This document shows, in pieces, positions 52,878-64,000 of a stretch of 64,000 nucleotides of DNA. The stretch comes from Azolla caroliniana (taxonomy: Eukaryota > Plantae > Polypodiophyta): assembly GCA_043228905.1 (NCBI GenBank), contig JBHGNT010000002.1:27032001-27096000 (forward strand). Direction: 5' to 3'. The notes below the pieces were generated by a model, which searched no databases, had not been told where the DNA came from, and saw only the letters and a list, made by a program, of their open reading frames with translations. The stretch's first letter is position 1, and each line of letters begins with the position of its first letter. The position numbers and the translations under genes are program-made.

Positions 52878-55290
52878 TGTTCAGTAATATACATTGGTAT
52901 GTCACAACAGGGGGGAAAATACAGAGATCGCTCATATTTACATGAGGAGAAAGTTCCTCTTTATAAAGGCCAAGATCTGGCCGTTGGGCTAACTAGCTGT
53001 TGGAGCTAACTAGCCGTTGAGCTAGCCGTTATGACTTTTAATCATTCTCAACACTCCCCCTCAAGATGGATGAAAAATATCCACTAAGCCCATCTTGTCA
53101 CACAATCTAGTAAGACTTACTGCCCAAGTCCCTTTGTAAGACAATCTGCCACTTGATGTTCAGTAGAAACATGATTCAATTTTAATATTCTATTATCAAG
53201 CTTCTCCTTGATAAAGAATCTGTCGATTTCGATGTGCTTGGGCCTATCATGCTGTACCGGATTGTTGGCAATGCTGATTGCTGACTTATTGTCACACCAC
53301 AGTATCATCTGATTTTTTTTATTCATCTTTAGTTCTACTAGGAGAGTTCTCAGCCATAACATCTCCGCAACTCCTACAGCAATAGCTCTATACTCTGCTT
53401 TGGCTGTTGACCTTGCTACTACTGACTGTTTCTTACTCTTCCAAGAGACCAGATTGCCCCCAACAAACATGCAGTATCCTGATGTGGATTTCCTATCATC
53501 AGCACAACTGGCCCAATCAGAATCACAATAGCCCTCAATGTTTTCTAAAGATCAATCCCTGCCCCGGGGCACCTTTAAGATATCTCAGAATATGGTACAC
53601 TGCATCCATATGATCTTTCCTCGGATCATGCATGTAGCGACTTACCACACTTACTGCAAATGAAATATCTGGACAGGTATGAGTCAAGTAAATCAGCTGA
53701 CTTACCAATCCTTGATACCTTTCACGATCAACTTTCTCTACTGCAAGTTCAGTTAGCTTGATCTTTTGGTCGAGTGGTGAAGCTACAGGCCTACAACCCA
53801 ACATTCCAGTTTCTGTGAGAAGATCTAATACATATTTTCGCTGAGATAGAACAACTCCTGCTCCACAAGCTACCTCAATTCCAAGAAAGTATCGTAGCAA
53901 TCCTAGATACTTCACATCAAACTCTTTACCCAATTTCACCTTCAATTGTGCAATTTCTCCTTCATCATTACCAGTGATAATTATATCATCCACATACACA
54001 GCAAGTAATGTAGTATGCTCCTTGTGTTGTTGAAAAAACATTGTATGGTCTGCATTCGTCTGTTGGTATCCCATAACCTACCATAGCCCTTCTTAACCTG
54101 TCAAACCAGGCTCGAGGAGATTGCTTTAGTCCATAAAGCGACTTCCTTACTCTGCAAACCCTACCTACTGTTTGAATTGTACCAAAACCTGGGGACACAT
54201 CCATGTACACTTCCTCCATCAACTCTCCATGAAGGAATGCATTTCTTACATCTAATTGATGTTATTTCCAATCCTTATTCACTGCTAAGGAAATAAGAGT
54301 TCTACCAGTGCTCATCTTCGCCACAGGTGCAAAAGTCTCATCGTTGTCAATACCATATGTCTGACTATATCCTCTAGCCACCAATCATGCCTTGTATCGA
54401 TCTATTTTTCCCTCTGGGGTCTGTTTTATTGTAAACACCCATTTGCACCCAACCGACTTCTTTCTTGGTGGTAGTGACACAATCTCCCAAGTTTTGTTTT
54501 GGTGTATATGGGCATGTGGTTTGATGTTGTATTCCTTGATCTGAGAGGTATGCCCTAAATGTGATGTTAGCATACTCTGTTCCATTATTAGACCTCAACA
54601 CTTTTACTACTACACCATATTGAGTTTGAACTGCTCTTTGAAAATCTTTAAAACAAGCAAATACTTCATTCCTTTTTCTCACCAAATATAACCAAGTCAC
54701 ACAAGAGAAGCAGTCAATGAAAGAGACAAAATATCGATATCCATTAATAGAATTTGTGGAACATGGTCCCCAGACATCGGAGTGTATTACATCAAATGCA
54801 TGGGAACTCCTATGACCTGAACTAGCATATGAGCTTTTAATAAGCTTACCAAATTCACATGCATCACAAACAAGTTTTGTTTTATCAGCCTTTTCAAAAA
54901 GGTGTGGATACACCCGACTCAAAACGCCATAAGAGGTAGGTCCCATACGTTGGTGGCAAAGTATCAACAAATCCCCATAACTCATTTTAGATCCCCTGAC
55001 ATTTGTTCCCTCTACCATAGATGCTAATGCTGAATCCAGCCCTTCACGATCCAAATACCATACTCCACTATGCCATGTGCCAATCCCAAGTCTCCGACCT
55101 ATCCCTTTCTCCTAGAATATCACCTTGGGAATATAAAAAGAAACAACACATTTTAGTTGGTGTACGATAGAACTTATGCATAATAGGTTTACTGGGAAAG
55201 AAAGAGCATGCAACACATTAGACAATGTCATAGAGTTGGTACATTTTACTTTACCTACACCCACTACATGTGTTGTACCGTCAGCAATTT
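52878..55290 (-). mobile_element. 5'-truncated Ty1/copia element (protease end, GAG-pre-integrase, integrase, RT, RNase H, PPT, 3' LTR)
   Basis: Motifs HSDVWGP, SLYGLKQSPRAW, YVDDII and SWKSKKQ..AEYRA..KHIEID. The PPT GAGGGGGAG is followed by an LTR starting TGTTGAG at 53053, with a probable LTR end at 52878. There are frameshifts and an integrase-RT deletion near 54497. Confidence 0.9.
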
Positions 55291-55479
55291 GATGAGAAAC
55301 CTCAAATAGCCCAGGCACTGAGGGATGGCGAGCATCCTCCTCAAGATAGGTGGACCGCATTCAGAAAAAGTTGCATGTTGTTGGGATTAAAGGCCCTCTA
55401 GATTTCTCTAACTAAACTAGAAAAACGAGTTTATATTATTTAATATTTTCTAATTTTTGTTAAAGTTGTACAGTCTTGT

Positions 55480-55833
55480 TTTCAAAGTTGTACTACAACT
55501 TCTAAAAGAATATTTTGTAGTTTGAATGGGATCCTTGTATAAGATTCCACTCAACATTAAATACGTATTTATGAGGCCATGACTTAGCTGTCTCATCAAT
55601 ATTCAAAGTTCTTCTTCTAACTTGAGCATATTCTATGTATCTTGGATAGAACTTAGTGTGCACTCCTACCTTGTATATTGTTTGATGCGGTAGGCTTTTG
55701 TTTTTCAGAACTGCTTCTACTTCTTTAATCCCTCCTATGCATTAAACCCCATAATTGTTTTCAGTTTCTATATATCTGCCTTCAAATATTTCAGAAAACT
55801 GCCATTCTATCTTCTACTTCCTTACACATGTAG
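55480..55833 (-). pseudogene. Decayed ORF fragment of unknown origin
   Basis: One frame reads YMCKEVEDRMAVF*KYLKADI*KLKTIMGFNA*EGLKEVEAVLKNKSLPHQTIYKVGVHTKFYPRYIEYAQVRRRTLNIDETAKSWPHKYVFNVEWNLIQGSHSNYKIFF. The stops are TGA/TAG, consistent with C>T decay. Confidence 0.35.
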
Positions 55834-55861
55834 TGTGATGACCTGGACCACCAAAGGAGGG

Positions 55862-56335
55862 TGTAAAGAATCTAACTCTAGTAGAGTTGAGTATTCAGAA
55901 GCATAGTGTGTTTGTGTGAGAGTGGGTGAATAAGCAAGAGAAGAAATCAGAGAGAATAACCAGAAAATAATAAGAAAATACACAGTAGGTGGATGACAGC
56001 TTATGCACTGAAGAGAGCTATATTAATTAACTAGAGATCATCAACTAAACTAAATGGCCAAAGGGGGTTTTATATACAAGTCCTCAAGGGACTGCCCTAT
56101 TAAATGTGTTGGTGGAATCTAACCAAGATATCCACTTGAGTACAATTTTGTCATAAGAATATATAATATTCTTTGACCACACTAACACTCGACAACTACA
56201 TGGATTACAATAAAGTGTGCTCTCACACACTCGACAACTACATGGATTACAATAAAGTGTGCTCACACACTTTTTCACACATCGTCCTTTTCTTCATAAG
56301 CACATGTTCACACAAGTTGAGCTTGATTCTCAACA
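55862..56335 (-). repeat. 3' LTR of the copia element (474 bp)
   Basis: Matches 61424-61855 except for 4 substitutions and a 42-bp internal tandem duplication. Confidence 0.95.
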
Positions 56336-59300
56336 TGCCCCCTCAAGGTCAATTGTATGTCCTCTTAAGCTTGGTTGTCTTGGTGTAGTTGAAGACCCAA
56401 CTGCAGTTGGTCGGACTACTAGACCGTGGTTTTCCCATTGTTCCTATGTACTCGATCTTGATCTAGCAATGTCGATCTTGCAATCCAAAATTTCGAGCTT
56501 CAAAAATTCCGGGTTTTGGAAAGTCTTCCTCTAACTTGCCGGGTCAAGTCAGATTAGATGTGTCGGCCTTACTCTGCCGATGCCGGTCTCACTCTTCCTC
56601 TTGTATCGTGTTGATTCTCCATGTTTTCCTTCGTCTTTGTACTTTTACTCTCCCCCAAGCTTAGCATATCGAGTGGTCTAAGGCCCAGATCCACTGAGAA
56701 TTGCCGTAGCTTGTCGAGAACTAGCGCCTTAGTGAAAATATCAGCCACTTGCATGTTGGTGCCAACGTATTGGAGGTCAATGTCACCGGCCAATATGTGT
56801 TGGATGCTACTGAGATTATCGCAGTGGATCAGTATTGGCTTGTTCACCAATTCGTTGAAGTCTTTCAACAGTCTTTTAAGCCATACAGCTTCGCAAGCAG
56901 CTACAGTTGCAGCCCTATACTCCGCCTCAGTGCTCGATAGAGCGACTGTTGGTTGTTTCTTGCTGCTCCAAGAGACTGCTCCACTACCGAGTGAAAACAT
57001 AAATCCCGAAGTGGATCGCCTATCAGATGCATTGCCTGCCCAATCAGCATCCGTGAAGCCTTCGAGTCGAAATGGTACTCCACGCTTATAGAAGATACCA
57101 TAATTAGGTGTTCCACTAATATAACTTAACACTCGCATCCGTGAAGCCTTCGAGTCGAAGTGGTGCTCCACGCTTATAGAAGATACCATAATTAAGTGTT
57201 CCACTAATATAGAAGTGGTGCTTAGCACAATCCATGTGAATGTCGCGGGGGGTTTCCATGAACTGGCTAAGAACCCCGACCGGATAGCTGAGGTCTGGTC
57301 GGGTGATAGTTAGGTAGATAAGACTCCCAATTATTTGGCGATACTGTGTCGGCTCACAGAATTTTCCAGAATCTGCAGTTAGCTTCATATTTCGATCAAG
57401 GGGTGTCGAGATGGACTTACACTCGGTCATTCCGAACTTGTAGAGCAAGTTCAACACATAGTGTCGTTGTGAGAGTAGGAACCCATCTAGAGTTTGAATG
57501 ACCTCGATGCCGAGAAAATAATGTAAGTCATTCAGATCCTTCATCTCAAACTTTTGTAAAAGCAACTTTTTAATCTTTTGTATCTCGGTGAGGATTTCTC
57601 CACCGATGACAAGTTCATCGACATACAAGATTAAGAAGATGGGGTTTTTAGGATTGTTCTGAACATACAACGAGTTATCAGATTTTGACATCCGGAAGCC
57701 AATGTCATGAAGATATGATGTGATCTTTGAATGTCATGCTCTTGGGGCTTGCTTCAGTCCATAGAGCGGCTTCTTCAATTGGCAAATTGCATGTGGATGT
57801 TTGTTTGATTCAAAGCCAGGTGATTGCATCATGTAAACTTCCTCCTCGAGCTCACCTTGGAGGAATGCGTTCTTCACATCCATTTGATGCAAGTGCCATC
57901 CTTTCACTGCTGCGAGAGCAATTACTGTCCTCACAGTGGTCATTTTTGCCACTGGGGCAAATGTCTCCTCATAGTCTATGCCAGGGGTTTGAGCATACCC
58001 TTTGGCGACTAGCCGAGCCTTGAACCGATTGACCGTGCCATCTATATTATGCTTTAGCTTGAACACCCAGCGGCAACCAATTGGCTTTTTCTTGATTTCA
58101 GAGGATGGAACTAAATCCCAAGTATTGTTGTCAAACAACGCGCGCATCTCCTCCCTCATTGCCTCGATCCACCAGGGATCATGGGCAGCATCTTTGTAAG
58201 TCTCAGGTTCTTGGTCTGCTGCAACCTTCATCATGAATGCATAATGGTGGGCCATGTACTCATTGTACCCGAACCTAACTATTAGGCTCTTTTGTCGGTT
58301 CGATTGACGGAGTTTTCCTTTGGTCATTTCCGGGGCCTTCTTCATTTCATACTTGTTGTGGACTGATTTGGGTGAATGATCTGAGTCTTCACTGGATGTC
58401 ATGTCCTTGGCCTCTTGCTCAGGCATCTTGCCCTTTTTTTTCTTTCTACGGGTGTAGCACAAAGGTGACAGCACATCAGAGGTTTCTTCATGCTGTGCAA
58501 GACTCTGATTGCTGGATGACACCTCAGGTCCAGTCAGCTGGAGTGTGGGCAGACTCTCTGCTGGTTCTCCACCCATAATGGTCGTTAGCATCTCTTCTTC
58601 TTCACTCTGAGAATCTGCTCCAGATCTGCTTGTTTCGAGCACGGTGGGGGTCACTGATGTTGGGCCATACCATGATGTCACCTCATCAAATACCACATCT
58701 CGGCTTACTCGTGGCTGTCGAGTGATGGGGTTAAAACACTTGTAACCCTTTTGCTCAAGTGAGTAACCAACAAGGATCATCTTTTCTGATTTTGGGTCAA
58801 GCTTTCTCCGCTTCTCATCAGGGACATGCACAAATGCAATGCTGCCAAAAACCTTCAAGTGCGCAAGGTCTGGCTTTGTCCCAAAATACTTCTCGTGAGG
58901 GATGATGTCATGGACACCCTCAGTTGTGCACCTATTGATGAGATACACAGCCGTAACTGCTGCCTCTGCCCAATAGATCTTGGGCATGTTCTTCTCATGC
59001 AGCATGGCGCGGGCCATCTCAAGAATTGTACGATTCTTCCACTCAGCAACACCGTTTTGCTGTGGTGTGTACGGGCAAGAGAATTCCCGTACACACCACA
59101 GCAAACGAGGATCATCTTCTCTGATTTTGGGTCAAGCTTTCTCCGCTTCTCATCGGGGACATGCACAAATGCAATGCTGCCAAAAACCTTCAAGTGCGCA
59201 AGGTCTGGCTTTGTCCCAAAATACTTCTCGTGAGGGGTGATGTCATGGACACCCTCGGTTGTGCACCTATTGATGAGATACACAGCCGTAACTGCTGCCT

Positions 59301-61423
59301 CTACCCAATAGATCATGGGCATGTTCTTCTCATGCAGCATGGCGCATGCCATCTCAAGAATTGTACGATTCTTCCGCTCAGCAACACCGTTTTGCTGTGG
59401 TGTGTACGGGCAAGAGAATTCCCGGCGAATCCCCTTCTCTTCTAGAAAGGCCTTGAACTCGGTTGAGAAGTATTCTTGGCCACCATCAGACCGTAAGCAT
59501 CGAATCTTGCGATTCGTCTCATTTTCCACGCAATTCTTTAACTTGAGAAAGTGGGAGAAGACCTCACTTTTCGACTTCATCGGGCATATCCAGGTATGCC
59601 GCGAATAGTCGTCAATGAAGGTAACGAAGTACCTACACCCACCGATTGTCGTTTGAGCTGGGCCCCATACATCTGAGTGGATGACGTCCAGCAAGCCTTT
59701 ACTCACATTTCTTTCGCTTAGGAATGGATGCCTATGTTGCTTGCCTAGTTGGCGCGCCTCACATACATTATCAGGATGTTTTGAAGTAAATTGTGGCAAT
59801 CCGTGCACAGCCCCTTTTGTTTGCATTGATCGGATTTTACCGAGGTTTACATGGCCAACCCTTTTGTGCCACAACTCAATATCAGACTCCGCCTTGAGTC
59901 CCTTTGCATACATTGCTGTGTTCACCTCCGTCGCATCAAGAATAAACATGCGACCTTCTCTTCTTGCATGAGCGATAAGTTGACCTTTATCCTCGATGAA
60001 GCAACCTTCCTGGTTGAATCGCACTTGCATTCCTTGTTCGACAATTTGGCCAACCGAGACCAAATTCTTTGTGATTGTCGGGACATGCAATACATCCTTC
60101 ATGTAGCCCTTGTTGCCGTGATTGTTAAGGGCCACATCTCCAATGTGCTCAATCATGTGTGTGGAGTCATCACCGGTCTCCACCACGCCGGGTCTCTCGG
60201 GTTCCCTCAAATTCATGAACCATTCTTGATGACTTGTCATGTGATTTGAGGCACCTGAGTCCACGAACCATACATCATCAGGTTGGGAAACACTTGTTAT
60301 CATGCTATTCGCCCGGTGTCGCATAACAAACATCGGTGCTTTGTTTTCTAGGTCAGCCATCACAACATAGTGTGTTTGCTGCAGGGGTGAGGCAGCTGAG
60401 TCACTCTTCTTCTTCCAACACTCAGCTTCAAAGTGGCCAGGCTTTACACAATACCAGCACTCGGTTTGCTGGTTCTGCCTGGTTGATGCAGGCTGGTGGA
60501 AGCTCCCCTTTCTACCGGAATTCCCTCAGCTGTTTCAACCTTCTTGCTGCCTGGAATTAAACTGTTGTGGACCTCATCCACCTCTTCCTCGGCCATTCCT
60601 CCCCCAATTTCCACAACCACGACCGTGACCTCAACTGAGATCATCATGTGTATATAGCATCTGCCCATCAGATGCTGTGCTTTTCGACCGTGTATGGTTC
60701 TCCTCAACCATTAGCGTGGATTGCAAGTCGAAAAAGCTTGGGAGGTTCTCCCTTGTTGTTATGGCAGTTCGAAATGAACCATATTTTTGTGCAAGGCCGC
60801 CATGACAGATATGCACCATCTCGTCATCATCAACTGCGACATTGATGGAGCCAAGTGAATCACATAAGTCTTTGATCTGGAGGGTATAGTCCGTCACGGA
60901 CATATCCCCCTGTCGAATATTGTTCAACTCCTGCCGGAGTTGAAGTTTTCTCGCTGTGGTTGAAGCTGCGAAAATCTTCTTCAAGTTTTTCCACGCTTCT
61001 GTTGGGGCTTTCGCATCTCGAATATAGCTTAACATGTGATCTTGCACACATGTTGCCAAACAATACATTACCCTACTGGTGCTTTGCTGCCATGTGGGGT
61101 AGTTGGGACTTGTAGTATCGGGGGCTGTTTCCTAAGCTCCCTCGATATAACTCCAATACCCTTGCCCAACTAAGTACTATTGCATCTTATATTCCCAAGA
61201 TGCGTAGTTGTGCCTGTCCAACTTCTCTGTTGGAAGTGCGCTACCCATCTGTGCATTCATTTTTCTGATTTAGCTTGATTCGTATGATCCTGTTAAGGTG
61301 AAGCCTCTTGTTGTGCAAAACTGCAGCAACGATAGCAGGTTTTAAAACAGCGTCTCTAGCTGCTCACACAGTTTCAATGGTAGAGCTCAGTGAAGGATCT
61401 CTAACCCTCACGCTCTGATACCA

Positions 61424-61855
61424 TGTAAAGAATCTAACTCTAGTAGAGTTGAGTATTCAGAAGCGTAGTGTGTTTGTGTGAGAGTGGGTGAATAAGCAAG
61501 AGAAGAAATCAGAGAGAATAACCAGAAAATAATAAGAAAATACACAGTACGGGGATGACAGCTTATGCACTGAAGAGAGCTATATTAATTAACTAGAGAT
61601 CATCAACTAAACTAAATGGCCAAAGGGGGTTTTATATACAAGTCCTCAAGGGACTGCCCTATTAAATGTGTTGGTGGAATCTAACCAAGATATCCACTTG
61701 AGTACGATTTTGTCATAAGAATATATAATATTCTTTGACCACACTAACACTCGACAACTACATGGATTACAATAAAGTGTGCTCACACACTTTTTCACAC
61801 ATCGTCCTTTTCTTCATAAGCACATGTTCACACAAGTTGAGCTTGATTCTCAACA
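61424..61855 (-). repeat. 5' LTR of the copia element (432 bp)
   Basis: Adjacent to the PBS; followed by the TSD GAGGG at 61856-61860. Confidence 0.95.
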
Positions 61856-62978
61856 GAGGGATTGTGGAGAGTTCCAAGAGGCCTTGCACCAAGGGAATAG
61901 GGCCCACTCACCGAAAACAAGACGGCCATTGGAGATGAACTTCGGCCGAGGAGGAATGAAGAGGCTAATGGAGGACGCCAAGAGAAGAAATGACAAGGCC
62001 ATCCACTACTCGACGATGGCAGGAATTCAAATGGGGAAAGATACACGGGGCAAGGGCAATAAAGAGGTTGAGTTCTGGCCATCTATCCTTGGGAGTCTTA
62101 CAAAGGGAAATCTTCGAAAGGACGAACCTAAGGAGGTCAAAAGAGGGTCCAAGCAGCGACTAGGTGGAAAGACCTAATGGAAGAGAATACGGGCTTGGTA
62201 GAAGCCATCTACCAAAACTATGAGGTTCTGATTGAAGAAAAGAAGGTGAGGAAGGATGAGAGAGGGTAAAGGAGAAAGGTGGACCAACCTTCAAGCTCTA
62301 CTCCAAGATAGAGAAAAAGGCTGACCTCATGCGAGTGATGAAGGAGAGGATCCTCAACAATTCCATAGAGTCCATAGAGGATCCTCAACAAAGATACGAA
62401 ATGCGGTGCCACTGGGGCAGCAGTGTTTGACTACAATCTCAAGGAGATGGAGAGAGTCATTGCAATGAACCTTGACGAGAATAAGGTGATTCCGGTCAAC
62501 TCGGTTCTTGTTGCTCAAATGAGGGGAAAAGACAAGAAAGGGACGATCTTGAAGAGGAGGATGCAAACAACTGTGTGGAAAGCTTCGACAACAAAAGGCG
62601 CAACAATCGTTGCTCATCAGCTCCCTACAGAAACCCAAGAGTCCTTTCTCCTAGTTTGCTCCTATTTCCTAGCAACTATTTCTTCGTAATCACCCTTGTA
62701 TTCGCCATTTTACACTCATTGTGAACCCTGTTTTGAAAAGGGGGATATTTTGTAAACAAATTAGTGGGTGTTGTTTTGATCCAAGAGTTTGGGTGAAAGA
62801 CAATGAGGGAGGTCGGTTCCCAACATTGACAACTAAGGTTTCCTTGAACCACAATTCCTCAAACCGTGATTCCTCAAACCAATAATTTTCTTGAAAGAGG
62901 ATAATTCTCAAAAAGGAAAGGGGGATTAGACGAGGACTATCCATGGAGGGTTTCTAAGTTCTCTCTCATTGCATCACA

Positions 62979-64000
62979 TCCACGGTAGATATTATTGTTA
63001 CATTAAGAGTAATTGCAGAAGAAAGTCAACTACAAGGAAAGACACTCTATTATTGCTTTGTTTGCCAACTAAAAACTGAGAATGGTTTCTCAAAATACTT
63101 TTTAAGTAATATGGGGGTTAAGCAAGATGTCCATTATCACCTACACTCTTTGGTTTAGGCATAGATAAATTGGAAGAAGTGGTGAATAGGGTTGCAAGAG
63201 AAGAAGGATTAGATGCCTCAAAACTTATGCAACAAGTTATCTTATTGTTTTTATATGTGGATGGTGTAACTATCTTTTCATACAATGTTGATGGTATGCA
63301 ACGTTTACTTGAAGCATTTGAAACATTTTGCCAAAGTAGCGGACTGATTGTAAATGTGAAAAAAACAAAAATGATGGCAATGTGAACCATCCAGCCTCCC
63401 CAATACCCTATGCTTACATATAAGGGAGAACATGTACAATTTGTACAAAGCTTTAAGTATTTTGGTATCGATGTACCTGCCACAAATAAATGGAGCGTAT
63501 GCTTTGAGTCTAGATTTCAAGCTGATTGGAAATGTTATTATATGTTGGAAAATAAATGCAACCAAAGTGATACTCGTGGATGGGAAGTAAAACTAATGTT
63601 ATTTACTGCCATGGTAGCACATGTTTTGCTTTATGGAGTAGGAGTGTGGGGAGGCAATATCTCTCTTAATGCATGGAATGAGATTGAGAAGATTCAAAAG
63701 ATGTTTTTAAGGAGACAATTGGGAGTTAAATCCACCACCTCCTATCAAGTTATGCTCTTGGAAACAGGTGTTCAACCTATAGAGATATTGGCGCTACATA
63801 TACAAATACTTACAAAAGTCAAGAATATGCCAAATATAGATTACCACATCTTGCTTGGAATGTTGGATGTAAACTACAAAAGAATCACAAGAGCAAAATT
63901 CTCTCGTCCGGTTGGGTAGTTGACACAAAAAAATGGTTCAAACGATGGGATGTGGAAGATCTCCTAAAGCTTTCAACTGATGCTATGAAATATGTAGTTA
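62979..64000 (+). mobile_element. LINE ORF2 reverse-transcriptase fragment (RTE-like), runs off the window
   Basis: Motifs TLRVIAEES, NMGVKQ/CPLSPTLFGLGIDKLE, LFLYVDGV (YADD-like), FKYFGI and LLYGVGVWG, with frameshifts and stops. Confidence 0.85.

Larger units (their letters stand above)
55862..61855 (-). mobile_element. Full-length Ty1/copia LTR retrotransposon, recent but non-autonomous
   Basis: LTRs 55862-56335 and 61424-61855 (TG..CA), TSD GAGGG, PBS TGGTATCAGAGC (61412-61423, tRNA-iMet) and PPT at 56336-56346. gag starts at 61260 (MNAQMGSALPTEKLDRHNYASW). Protease WFVDSGASNHMT, integrase [35 protein letters not shown] and RNase H DADWAG..EAEYRA are all present. Confidence 0.96.
55834..62978. 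mobile_element. Solo-LTR-like element (about 1.15 kb) split by the nested copia
   Basis: TGTGATG at 55834 and CATCACA at 62972-62978 are inverted termini. The sequence is continuous across the GAGGG TSD (55834-55861 plus 61861-62978). Confidence 0.6.

Noticed and set aside
1-64000. A functionally linked gene cluster or novel multi-gene system
   Set aside because: The five genes have unrelated predicted functions and nothing in the sequence supports co-regulation; no prokaryotic-type systems are present.

Overview
AT-rich eukaryotic land-plant genomic DNA with GT-AG introns and many TE-filled introns. The presence of the cilium gene CLUAP1/IFT38 points to a plant with flagellated sperm, most plausibly a fern (inference). 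Five protein-coding genes can be reconstructed by hand: (1) a large, 5'-incomplete, about 25-exon conserved plant protein (galactose-binding-like N-terminus, ARM-like body, coiled-coil C-terminus) at 93-17631 (+); (2) a HECT_2/UBE3D-like E2-binding protein at 18769-31440 (-); (3) a protein with two RanBP2-type zinc fingers at 34250-38722 (-); (4) an intronless ZCF37-like membrane protein at 43582-44688 (-); (5) the 3' exons of CLUAP1/IFT38 at 48827-52139 (-). The DNA upstream of the CLUAP1 exons (52140 to the window end, probably one intron) holds a gypsy gag relic, a truncated copia, a decayed unknown ORF, a complete young copia (55862-61855, TSD GAGGG) nested in a solo LTR, and a LINE. Also present are solo LTRs, a hAT MITE, a 1.2 kb fold-back inverted repeat, several local tandem duplications and microsatellites. 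I see no clear-cut new multi-gene system. The best leads are a possibly horizontally transferred copia, the template-switch scars in the young copia, the decayed orphan ORF, the duplicated ZnF-plus-helix module protein and a tRNA-like element at a gene start. All family assignments come from motif recall, not database searches.
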